Shown here: piece after piece, positions 41,089 to 52,028 of the stretch
How positions within the stretch are numbered: position 1 is the stretch's first letter
Layout of the letters: each line of letters begins with the position of its first letter
NCBI GenBank assembly: GCA_003971905.1
Contig: RSEE01000073.1
Location: 124,001-188,000, forward strand
Direction of reading: 5' to 3'
Origin: Moniliella sp. 'wahieum'
Lineage: Eukaryota
Length of the DNA stretch: 64,000 nucleotides
Program-made: the position numbers and the translations under genes
The notes under the pieces: model-generated
What the model saw: only the letters and a program-made list of their open reading frames with translations
Databases searched by the model: none
What the model was told of the DNA's origin: nothing

Positions 41089-43377
41089 GGTCGAAAACAA
41101 TGGGCGACGCTAAGGTCGATGGGTCTTGTTGGTAGTGGGTTGGAAGACGAGCAGAGAATGCGATGGAGGGAAGGAACGAAGCACCGTTCGGCAGTGCCTT
41201 TTAAAGGTTTGTTGGCTTTCAAGCTGGCTCACTGAGAATAAGTGGGGAGCGATGCAGTGATATGTCACATCGCGCCAGCTGGGAGGCGCGGTGGCACACA
41301 GGCTCACGTCAAGTTCCAGTGTGCACACCCCTAGCCCTGGGGGTTTACTATCGTAGACCGCTGCAATGCCTACTCCACCATCGTTCCCGTTCCTCCGCCC
41401 CATCCAGTGGAGAACACTGCCCCACGGGCTGGCCGATCTCTGCCGACTCCGAGTGTTGAAGTGCGACTGGGCGCCTTACAGCAGAGATCATGCACCAAGG
41501 AGTCAAACATCAAACCAAAACATGGCGGCGGTGGGCCCCCGCAAGTGGGCATGGAGATGTGTTTTGTTTCATCCGCGGGAGCAGTGGCACCACGAGCTTC
41601 CTTCACACGATGGGCCGATGGTCCTCTCTCCTTCGTCACCCGCGTCATGCGTCACGACAGGCGTTACGGGTTAGATCGCGCTCTTCGGTTCCTGCATTCC
41701 CCATCTGTGCAACCGGGGATGTTGGAACACGCGACCTTGGGCCTTAGCCTTAACTCCAATGACTTGTTACAGGATGCGCCTGTTCAACGTTCAACGTTCA
41801 CCTGGCTTTGACTCCCCCTTTGCCTCACGGGTCTACAGCCCCCGTTCCAGCTCCGAGACCGAAGCATTGGGACACAGTACTCAGCCTGAGTACTCAGCGC
41901 GCACAGAGTGTTCATCCTACGTTCATCGATCGAGCTCCGTGGCTCAGCGCGGGCCCAGCGGGTCAGCGCTCATCGCCATCGTTCACCCACATCGATCATC
42001 GCATAGTACACTGTGTGATCCCTGTGGAGCGTTGCACTCAGACCGAGCGCTCAACGCTTGACGGATGAAAGACTGGGAGAGTGCCCGCGTCGGCTTGCTG
42101 TGGTCCTGGCGCTTGGCACACTGGGGGCGAACTCATGCGAGCTTGCCGTCCTAGGCTACCGAAGGGCAAGAGTCATGGCGTTGTGGCGGCACATGTGAGA
42201 TGTGATGGCAAAATTCGAGGGAATGTTGTTACGCACTCACTTTTTCGGACTGAAGATCTGACAAGCTAAGCAGTGATGTGACATGTGACATGTGACGTAG
42301 CATTGGTGTCCCGCCCCCACTAGCCACTGCTTCCAAGCCTATGCGACTTGGCTTGCCTTGGCCTGCCTTGGCCACCGGCGAATGCCCTCAGCTACTCCGC
42401 ATCTCCATGTGACGCGGGTTAGGCGTGACGAATGGGCATGTGCATGACTAGTGACTAGTATGGTGCTGTGACATGTGAGGGACGACGCGTGACGCGGTGA
42501 CGAGAAAGACCTTCGGCCTTTGGGACATCGGTCATCGATCAGATCTAGGATCGAGCTACTGCTTCGGTGCCACAAGACACAGGTGGCCACCAACGTTGTA
42601 CGTTGTACGTTGTACGTTAACGGTATGTTGATGCATGATGGCGTTGCCAGGACGGTCGAGGGGCATGCTCATACAGACGAAGCCATCCTTGCCCCCCAAC
42701 TTCCTACTATGATATTCAGGCCGACTCTTCCCCCTTTCCCCAAAAGTCAATGTGGGGCGAACGTTGGCAACAAGTGCGTCCGTTTCATGTCACAGCCCCA
42801 GCCACAAATGGTAGCGTCAAACCGGAGCACCTACCATCAAAAGAAGCGCAAAAGGCGGAGGAGATTGCAGACGAGCAAAGCGCCATGCATGACGATGATG
42901 GATGATGCCGATGATGGACGATGCGTGTCCGGTGACCGGTGACCGGATGACCGATGCTCGGGTTTCAAAAAATATTGAACCTTAATAATCAGGCGATCGT
43001 GCTCTACGTACTCAGCGCCCAAGGCGCAGCAGCGCGCAGCAGCCACGTACAAACTGTTTCATGTAGCGTGTAATCAAACTTAACCCAAAATCAAAGCGAC
43101 CGACGCGGGACCGACACACTGCCCCCCTGCGACATCGGTCAAATTATGCTGTGGCCGCAACTGCAGCCGAGTGTCGCAGGCCGCGCGGTGCGGCTTATCT
43201 ATCACCCGAACGAACAACCAGGACTGCGAGAGACACTACGCACTCCATCGCCTACGTCATTGAACTTGTTCTTCATCGCATCCTTCCTGCCCGACGTGCG
43301 GCACCTCCGTATGCCGCGCTCCCACTCTCTTCCCTACTTCTGGAATACTTCCCTTCTGCCTTGAAGAGTTGAAGCTC

Positions 43378-43475
43378 TTCAAGCTTCAAATGAACTTCAA
43401 ACTTCAAGCTTCAAGCTTCAAGCTCGATGATCGATGATCGATGATCATCGATCATGCATTATCATATATCATATA
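43378..43475. repeat. Compound 7-bp-period array of TSA + 4-bp palindrome units (AGCT, TCGA, TGCA, TATA spacers)
   Basis: (TCA AGCT)x3 at 43404-43424, (TGA TCGA)x2-TGA/TCA TCGA TCA TGCA at 43428-43458, (TCA TATA)x2 at 43462-43475. Representative of dozens of such arrays in intergenic DNA. Confidence 0.9.
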
Positions 43476-45055
43476 GGTTGAACACGTTGAACGCTTCAAT
43501 GTATACTGCACGTCGAAGGTTGACGCGTTGATGTGTGGACGTCGTGGAAGCTTGAGGCTTAAGTTGAAGTTCTCGGCGATTAAGGAGCTTAAGGAGCGAG
43601 CGTCCTGTGGATCGCCCAGCGGTGGGCTCATCATGCAGGAAACCAAACCATCGCAATGGGAAGATGAAGAAGATATGACTGTTTGATATGCTTTTGTGGT
43701 CGAGTGCATTTTGGTGGAGTAGATCAAATCCAGTGTCCCCACTTGGATCGAATATCATATGGGATGGATGTGCACCCAGAGAAATCTCGATCTCATTCCG
43801 CATTTAGACTCTTCCAATGGAACTGCGCGGTTGTACATCACTGCAGCGAGAACACTCCAATCAGTCAGACCGGCCATTGCCTGTTAATTGGTGCATTTTC
43901 CTTTGACACAGGGAGTGACTCTAGTGACTAGTGACTAGTGACTAGTCAAGTGACCAATTGATATTGTTACAGACCCATCGCCAGTCACACATGCGTTACA
44001 GCCTGTTACAGCAAGTGATTAGTGTGCTTGCCGAGTCCGCGATATATGATAGTTAGCGCAGTGCATTTGAGGGAAAGGTTCAGCGCGTAATACAGCGCTC
44101 GCTCAGCGCACTCAGCCTGGCCCAGCGCCTAAGGCTCTGCGCTGGGTCGCAGGAGGTCTATGGCATGTGAGCCGCTGAGCGCCTCAGCGCGCTCAGGCTG
44201 AGCGACGAATACCAAGCTGGGGTGTGCATCCGTCTTGTACTCAGTTAGGCACGGCAGTGCGTGAGTATCCGACACTTGAGTGTATTAGTCCTAGCGCGAA
44301 GCCATGGAGGGTGATGCATGATGCATGATGCATGTTGCGTGCCACACGAAGTGTGGTGCATGATTCTATGTATGAGGCAGCGGGGCGCCCAGCTTAAGTG
44401 TTCCTTCTTCGATGCGAGCGAAAAAGTAGGCAGAGTCGGGTGTTTGGGCTGCGGCGTTTGATGTCTCAGTTTCGCCGCTGTCTCTGGCTGCCCACAACGA
44501 CCCTAGCTGTGCATCTGTATGTAGACCCAACGCATCATTCAGTCACCCGGTCACCCCGGTCACGTAGTCCCCAGTCACCCTAGTCACCGGTCACTGGACG
44601 TGTGATGCATGATGCATGATGCATCCAACATCAATTATTTCATCTCTCAGATCTCAGGTCGGACATATATCCCGACGATACATGCTTGGTTGCTGAGGGC
44701 TCGCTGAGGCCTGAGGTACCGTGCGTACCAGAGGACATATACCTCCCACCTATCGACTATCCCCACTTGTCTTTTATGTCTACTCTCCATGACATTTTTG
44801 GACATCAGTAATACTCCTTGATGCATCGACCGCGCTGGAGACAGGGCACGCGTATATATCTCAAAGAGAGGATATTATTCCTAGGGTATAACATCGTCAG
44901 AGAATGGGGCTGGCCCACTGGATCTAGTCCTCTTCTTTTCCACCGTTGAACGTTGAAGCATAAAGCGGACAAGCAAAAAGCGGACAATTAAAGCAAAAGC
45001 GGACCACTATCTGATCCAACACACTACTGAGGAAACATCAGATTCACGCCAAGGC

Positions 45056-45126
45056 ACGTCCATTTCATTGACAGAGCTTAAGGCTGGGACAGGGGGAACG
45101 CTACGTCTAAACCTAACCGTTCATCT
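45056..45126 (-). repeat. Second copy of the 3' terminus of the non-LTR element (direct repeat of 47834-47906)
   Basis: 47-nt core AAGGCTGGGACAGGGGGAACGCTACGTCTAAACCTAACCGTTCATCT is identical at 45080-45126 and 47860-47906; ACGTCCATTTCATTG is shared upstream of both. Confidence 0.85.
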
Positions 45127-46028
45127 AGGTTTTCTTTCCCAGCAAGCCTTAAGCTGCGCCGGCTTCAAGCTTCAAGCTTCACCGGTCACCACTTCTTCTC
45201 CTCTCTCTTCCCTTCTGGCGTAATGTCACCGTCACCGCTCTGTAACCTCCACAACGCCCGTTCTCTTACGATTCCAACTGATGCTTTTGTTCCTGTTGCG
45301 ACCTTGGCATCCTCAGTTCAGGATTGTTCAGGACCAAGCCTCTCACTAGGTACATTTGCGGCTTCAAGCTTCAAGCTTCAATTCGCTACATATAGCCTCA
45401 CGCGTCACGGTGCTTCCACAGACGTTTGCCCACCAGTAGCTAGCTCACAGTTTGGTAGTAGTATAGGCCAACACCTTTAGTGAAGTAGGCGGTTATTTCT
45501 CCGCCCGTATATACAGTACGATGATATCGATGATACCTCCAAGATCACCGGCACCGTGCAACGACCCCCCCCTATTTGATGGCAACCACCACACTTCGAT
45601 CTCAAGAGACGAGCTCGCCCGTCGCTCATAATGATGTGCATGATGCACATTATGAGCCTCTCATCGATCATCGGCCCTCAGGCCTCAGGCCTCAGGCTCC
45701 TCATCTCATCGTAAGCACCATAGTAGAAGAGAATGCACACCACACACACGTATTATCGATCACATATCTCTCTCCCCGCCCCCCGGCAACCGAGATGGCT
45801 TAAGCGGTTAGCATAGCTGTTCGCTCCAACATTCAATTCCGTCACCTCGGCCGGGAATAACGAACGAGAGAAGGTTGAGGACACAATGAAGATCGATTAT
45901 TTTCGTCCCCTGAGTCAAAAACAAGGATGGAGGTGAGGTTTAAGAGAGGAAAAGTATAGTGGGCCATTTGCTATTAGGGATAATGAAACAATCGCCATAG
46001 GATTTGCGTCAGAAGGGTGCGGCCACAA

Positions 46029-46128
46029 GTCGGGTTAGCTCAGATGGGAGAGCGTGAGATTGAAGATCACTTCAATGGAACATCCTCTGGATTCCTCAAG
46101 GTCCCCGGTTCGATCCCGGGGCACGACA
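46029..46128 (+). tRNA. tRNA-Phe(GAA): tRNA-Phe (anticodon GAA), intron-containing, with stem mismatches (possibly atypical or pseudo)
   Basis: GTCGGGT-TA-GCTC-AGATGGGA-GAGC-G-TGAGA-TT-GAA-G..intron..CTCA-AGGTC-CCCGG-TTCGATC-CCGGG-GCACGAC-A followed by T6. Intact A and B boxes. Confidence 0.85.
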
Positions 46129-47833
46129 TTTTTTGGCGATATGGTTACACAGGCATCTACCTCAACAACCACATAATCTCTCTTCGCTGTGAATCGGGGA
46201 AAATGTCTTTTTAGGTAGGATGAATCCGCCGTCCCACGGTGCGTTAGGCTTAGATCACAGAGACCTCAGATCTCATCAGCATAGATCAGACGACTCCTCA
46301 GGCTGTGCGAGCTGAACCTATTCTGAAAAATCTTCAGAAAAGCCATGTGACCTGTGAGGTATACTACTATGTGAGTTCGGAGAGGCCTGTGAGAGGTCTG
46401 AGGCCTGAAAATCTCTCGAGCCCATATGTATACTCTCAGAAGCTGAAACCTGAAGCTCTGGTGACGGACGACGAAAGCGCGAGGGAAAAGCGTGGTGTCT
46501 TTGAGTCTGCTATGAGCGTCGGGATTTTTTCGTACCCTCCCCCGTCTTCTAACCGTAAAAGCACGCACAGTCGCAGTCCACACAAACAAGAGTGCCAATG
46601 GAACTAGATATACAGAGGCCACACAGCCGTCAGCTCGCGACAATCGTAAACTGACGTACGGCAACAAAAAATGTGCCCTGGGGGGCAATGTCAAAAACCA
46701 GTACCACAGTCAATTATGGATGTAAAAATCCTCAAACAGGAACCATGCATCATTTGCAAAAAACGTTCAAGGGGGGGAGATGAAAAGTATTAATACCCCT
46801 ACTATGACCATGGGATCACACTACCAAGTCACTCCACCATATCTCATCATTTGCATCTCATTAGTATCATTTCCTCAGCACAGCAGAGAGCCACATGTGT
46901 CACACTGGTACTTAATCCAGGATTTTTGTATCATTCACAAGAATACTGAGTTGGATGATAATGACGTTCTTCATATCCTTGCCCCGTCGGGCTATAGGGT
47001 CCACAGAGACAACGTTGTCTCGCGTAGTGATCCCGGCCCACTGAAGATCTGCATTCAAGTATACCCGAAATGATAGAAGAAAACAAGTCTAAGCCATCAG
47101 AGCATGTATATAAGGAAGGCAGATCTGGATATGTTTTCGCATATCTTTCCTTTAGTGTCCTCTTTGTGTATGTATTCAAAATGAGCTCTCAATGTGAAAG
47201 ACCAATCTACTGAGTATATAGGGTGGCAACGGGAGAAGCTCCTATTTGCTCATCGTCCTTTTGAGATTGTAGAGGCCCCGTCCTTCCCGTCAGTTCTCGC
47301 GCGTCTGTGGGACAAAGATCCCCCAACAGAAACACCATTGGTTGATGAGGGCAATGACACACTCATAGCAAGTGGATTCGTTGTTATAGGGACTTGTTGT
47401 TGGGGCGATACCCCAATCACGCCATCCTGCGTGCAGTGATAGCGCTCCCTCAGCTCCGCGCTACCCTCGGCTAAGGCTCTACCCTTCTCATAACCTCCTG
47501 TACCTCTCCTCAGAACCACATCCTCCATTCCACTCCTCTTCAGCACTTGTTACCCATACATATACTCCGAGGGGCATAATAACGACTATATAAGTACGCT
47601 ACAAGATCGCAACCATCAGTGTGTGGTCTTGGCAAAACGAGTATCATATAGTAGCACAGTAGAATACTCAGTCCGAGGCCATAAAGGCATGCTCGAGCAC
47701 CTTTGAGAAGTCCCACACAGTATACCAATCGTTATAGAGGCCAATAGTACCTGAAAAATACCACAGGACATACATCTGGAGAAGGCCAAGGCGGGCCAAC
47801 GACGCAGTGCATAAACGCTTCTATCCCAAGTTA

Positions 47834-48380
47834 ACGTCCATTTCATTGGCAGACTTAAGAAGGCTGGGACAGGGGGAACGCTACGTCTAAACCTAACCGT
47901 TCATCTTGCGGGGGTTACTTAGGGGCGCCACCAGGGTCAAGGAACCAGGGGGATCGCCAGGATATCAGGACCCTCCGACTCATGCCATCCGGTCCCGTAC
48001 CCTAGGAAGCGCGTATGGACACGGAGGAACGTGGTTGACATCCGAGCGAGGAACCATTTCCACTGAGACTTAGTAACCAACTCCTTCCAATGCGCAAACA
48101 ACTTGCTCGCCGTCTTGGTGCCGTAGTATCCTCGCGTCGTCAAAACCAGGGGGAAAAACGTCTCTTGAGTGCGTCCCTGGTACTTGGCGTTCTTCTCGCA
48201 TTCTGCTTGTTCAAGCATCCGAAGCAGCTCCTTCTCCGGCGTTCCAAGGGGGTTGCGGTGCTCGCGTGCACCACCCTCCGGAATAAAATCGGTCGAAATG
48301 GCCTGCACTTTTTACATCAGCTGCCCCGTGCCACGTTCCCAGCCACCCGCAGCCAGAGTATCGGTGATATTATTTGCCCT
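47834..48380 (-). mobile_element. 5'-truncated non-LTR retrotransposon remnant with restriction-like endonuclease (RLE) C-terminus, CRE-like
   Basis: ORF 47937..48308 reads LEQAECEKNAKY..FFPLVLTTRGYYG, matching the K..KY / FxPLVxxTxG pattern of RLE-clade elements. A frameshifted DVK-V lies just upstream, and a ~100-nt 3' UTR ends at AATGAAATGGACGT. Confidence 0.7.
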
Positions 48381-48381
48381 C

Positions 48382-48532
48382 TCCAGCGTGGAAGGGTTCC
48401 AGCGTGGAAGGGTGGACCGGGGGAACGGTGGCTAAGGTGGCGAAGGGGACCGGTGGCTAAGGTGGCGACGGGGGAACGGTGGCTAAGGTGGCGACACAGC
48501 AGACCGGGCCGTAGGCCCGGTGGTCTTCTCGT
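48382..48532 (+). mobile_element. Helitron-like 3' terminal fragment: minisatellites, GC hairpin and CTCG|T end
   Basis: TCCAGCGTGGAAGGGT x2, then three ~25-nt units containing GGTGGCTAAGGTGGCGA, hairpin ACCGGGCC-GTA-GGCCCGGT (48503-48521), CTCG at 48528-48531 and T. Confidence 0.5.
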
Positions 48533-50965
48533 TTTGCAATAAAACCCATCCTACGCCGTGGTTAATCTGCTCTTTTGTGGGCATGTTGAATCTGGATATA
48601 AAAGCCTCTGGGCTTATTATGAGCCTGCACATGAGATCGAGCTTTTTGCTCTAATGGACGGCAAAAGTGTGGGGTATAGTGTGGGGTATGCGACAGATTG
48701 GCAGCGCATTGGACTTGATGCCTTTTATATCATCTCTGTTGAAAAGGTGGGATAGTGTTGATGGAGAAAAGTACACAACTGATTCGAGAGAAGCAGAACG
48801 TGTGGAAGGCTGTAAGAGACCCATAACATCGTAAGCGCCTATCAAATACGAGGAGAGACGAGAGAGCTATGGGGTTATACTCATCTGGGTTAGTAGACAC
48901 GATGTGGGCGAGGTAAACCGTCTCCAATAAGAATCTTTCGGCAAGTTTTTTCTTCCAGTGTGTTCAAGCATCTTTTTGCATTCTTATTGGTGTGTCTCGT
49001 CTTCAGCCTGAAGGGAGAGAGAATGTGTTTAGTGAGTCCCTGGTTCGAGGTATTCTTGTGGCAAACCGCTTGCACGGACCACCGATTCAACTCCTTTTCT
49101 CCAAAGGCTGTCCATGGACGTCACTGTGTCCTCGTCATGTGCCACCACGGCTCAGTCAAAAACGGTCTACGCAACCTTGCCCTCCTTGCACCGAGTCGCT
49201 TTTAGAGTGTGCCCCAAACTCAACACATCCATTTTTGAGATCCGACAAATGTCCCTGTCCCCGTCCATATTCTCGTGCTATGCCAGATTCAATTTGGAGA
49301 CGAGGAGAGCGATGCAAGATAGGGGAGAACGGGATATGGTCCTGATCTACTACCGCCGCTGTTGGCGCTGCCATAGTTGATGGCCTTCAATAATTTCAGG
49401 ACGGGAACCAGTGATGGCGAGACGAGCGAGGCTAGTGTGGTGTGGTTGAAGCGGTTCCCAGAACCCCCTGCTGGTGCTTAAAGTTAGTGTGTATTAGATA
49501 GAAGATAGATGCCAGTATGGATTCGGTCATACTTTTATAGGCACTCGATCGTCGTAATTGGCAGTTTTGCTCGCCGGAATACACGCGAGAATAATAGCTT
49601 GCTGGAGTGTGACTTGGGAGCACTCGCGATCCTACAACGGATCAGCTGCAAAGCATCAGCCTTCAGATCTCAGACAAGGCCTGAAGGCGAAGTGGCGAGC
49701 CACAAGTATTCAAGTAACGTCCGAAGGAAAGGAGACAGGAGAGAGAGGAGGGAGATGGAGCGAGCAGGGGGTGCACGGGCTGTGAGAGCGGAACTCTTCT
49801 GGCAGGCTCTAAGCGAGCGTCACCGGTCAACTGAGGGTCGGGCAGGGGAACCCTAGCACTACCCTCCAGCATAGGATAGTAGACTTGACTTGGGGATCAG
49901 TAAAAGCGCTGTAAGCATTGGTCATCATCTTCTGTAAAGTGGCTCGTGCTCCGTGGGGGGAAATGAAATGACATCATCATTAGCTAGAGTATTCCCTGTC
50001 GCAAGTGGAACAGTCTCCCAACGAAATGGCATGTGGCGGGGGAATAGCATGATGCATGATGCACGATTCGATTTCCTTTTCCTCTAATCTCTCTTAGATC
50101 TCTCTCCCTCCCCCTTCGCTCTCACACGGCCCCATGATCACGAGCCTGTTTTGCGGGGATATTAGCTGTGGCAGCGAAACGTAGTGTGGGCGGGGGCGAG
50201 ATGGAATCATTACATCCTATCACAACTCGATGGAAGCCATCCAGCAGACACGGGAGACTCTGTGTACTACTACTGGGCTGAGGCTATCTCTCTCGCTCTC
50301 TGGACTTCTATAGGACACCTCTCTCTCCTGTGAAAATAGGGTCGTCTTTTGTGCGTATTGCGAGGATGGCCGTGGGGAGGGTGGCCGCATCTGCCGAGCG
50401 TGAGGGCGGGTGAGATGAGAGGGGCGATTCAAGATCTACGTTTCCCACCCCGGGTGGAGAGTGGCCCCATCCTGACTGGGTCCCAATGGACCATTCGCCA
50501 TAGTTCGTGCACGAGCCACGCCTCCCGGGCGCTGCACGGGGCTGCCACGGCGGCGCTGCGCTGCCCCCACGCCGCCCCCAATGCGGAGCCCCACACTATT
50601 TCAGCCCCGCACAGGGGCAGCGTCGTCTGCTTGGGGCGGCGGCGCATCAGACACCAATCACCGATCGCCGTGGCAGGCGTGGGTGCCCACCGAGCACTAA
50701 CCCACTCTCAGTACCCACACGACCACGGTGCGCACACGCACCCCATCTGCAGGCGCCCTTTCGTGCTGCCGTGTCCATTCATGAGCGATTGCTGGGCAGT
50801 TCGCCTGCGTATATATACCCCCCCCCGCCGTCGTCCTCCTTCCTCCCTCTCCCCAGGCAACTCCCCCATCCCAGAGAGCCATTTGAACGTCTCTCATCAG
50901 CTCCTTTTTCAGCCACCTCCCTCCCGTCCACCCTCCACCCTCCTATCATCCTACGTGTGCCCAAG

Positions 50966-52028
50966 ATGGGGAAGAAGAACCGCAAAAACCAGTCCGCCGC
51001 TGACGAGCAGGGCTTTGCGCCTGTCAAGGTATGTACTTGCTTCCCTTCGTGCTATTACACGCCCTCTCTTCTCTCCTGACCTTGGCCTGCTCTGTATATT
51101 CCAGCGTGACGGTGGAATGGAATTGGTTCCAATCGGCCGACGCGGTGCTCGAGGCGGTGCAGAAGCAAGTGGGCCTAATGCACGTTACCAAGCCCTGGAC
51201 CCGGGACGCATGGGAGCGCGCCAAGCCGTGGGTGCTGGAGCAGCGGCAGAAGCTCGAGGATGGGCATTGGACCCAAGCCGACAGTTTGCGTACCGAGCTC
51301 TTTGCTCTGCGCAAGCCCGCGCCTTCTTCGGCAGACACGGACGATGGCTACTTGTATCTCCACATGCCGCGCAAGTGGATTGACTTCATTCGTGCTGGCA
51401 AGACGGAGGCGGACCGGGCGGCCGAGGAGGCGGCCAAGGGCCATCGGCACCATCGGGTCCAGCGCCGTCGCGCATGCTGCACGGCCACGCGCCGTCGTAT
51501 GACATGTCGAACCCGGATATTTTCCAAGTCAGGGTGGACCAATCGGACGACCATCCTTCGTCGGTTTTGCTCGACGTAGCCGAGCCGCTGGAGAACTGTT
51601 TGTATTTGATCATGTGCATCCAACCGGGTCTGGCGCGCCTTCACGCGCAGCGTTCGGAGGTGATTCAGCCCGGCACGCGACAGACGGACGAGAACCGGGA
51701 TGGGGAAGCGCCTTCAGTCCGTGTGCGTGCGATGGTGGCCAAGTCGGAATCGTACCAGCGCCTCCTTCCGCCCGCTTACTGGGTCAAGCGTAACTTCCAG
51801 CAACTGCGCAAGATTCTGGGCGACGAAGCGTATGAGGCGACTCTTGCTGCCGCTGAGAACGAGTCGCGCTCGACTCAGCGCACCGTCACGGATGTGGAGG
51901 AAAAGGTGTGGGAGGAGGCGCTTCCGGTCCAGGTGACAAAGGAGAAGAAGAAGAAGACGAAGAAAGTTCGCCGCCCCTCGGCCATGATGGACGAGACCGC
52001 TACCCCGCCCGCCTTGGCTGCTGCTTGA
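50966..52028 (+). CDS. Hypothetical protein (no domain recognised)
   Basis: TATA at ~50810, ATG start MGKKNRKNQ, intron ~51029-51104 (GTATGT..CTGAC..CAG), then coding-like ORFs 51031..51579 and 51474..52028 joined by an indel; Lys-rich basic tail. Confidence 0.65.

Noticed and set aside
44962..45005. AAAGCGGAC x3 as a DNA-transposon subterminal repeat
   Set aside because: No matching inverted copy or target-site duplication found in the window.
48419..48494. Three ~25-nt repeats as a CRISPR-like array
   Set aside because: No unique spacers of repeat-like length, eukaryotic context and no cas genes; a simple minisatellite.
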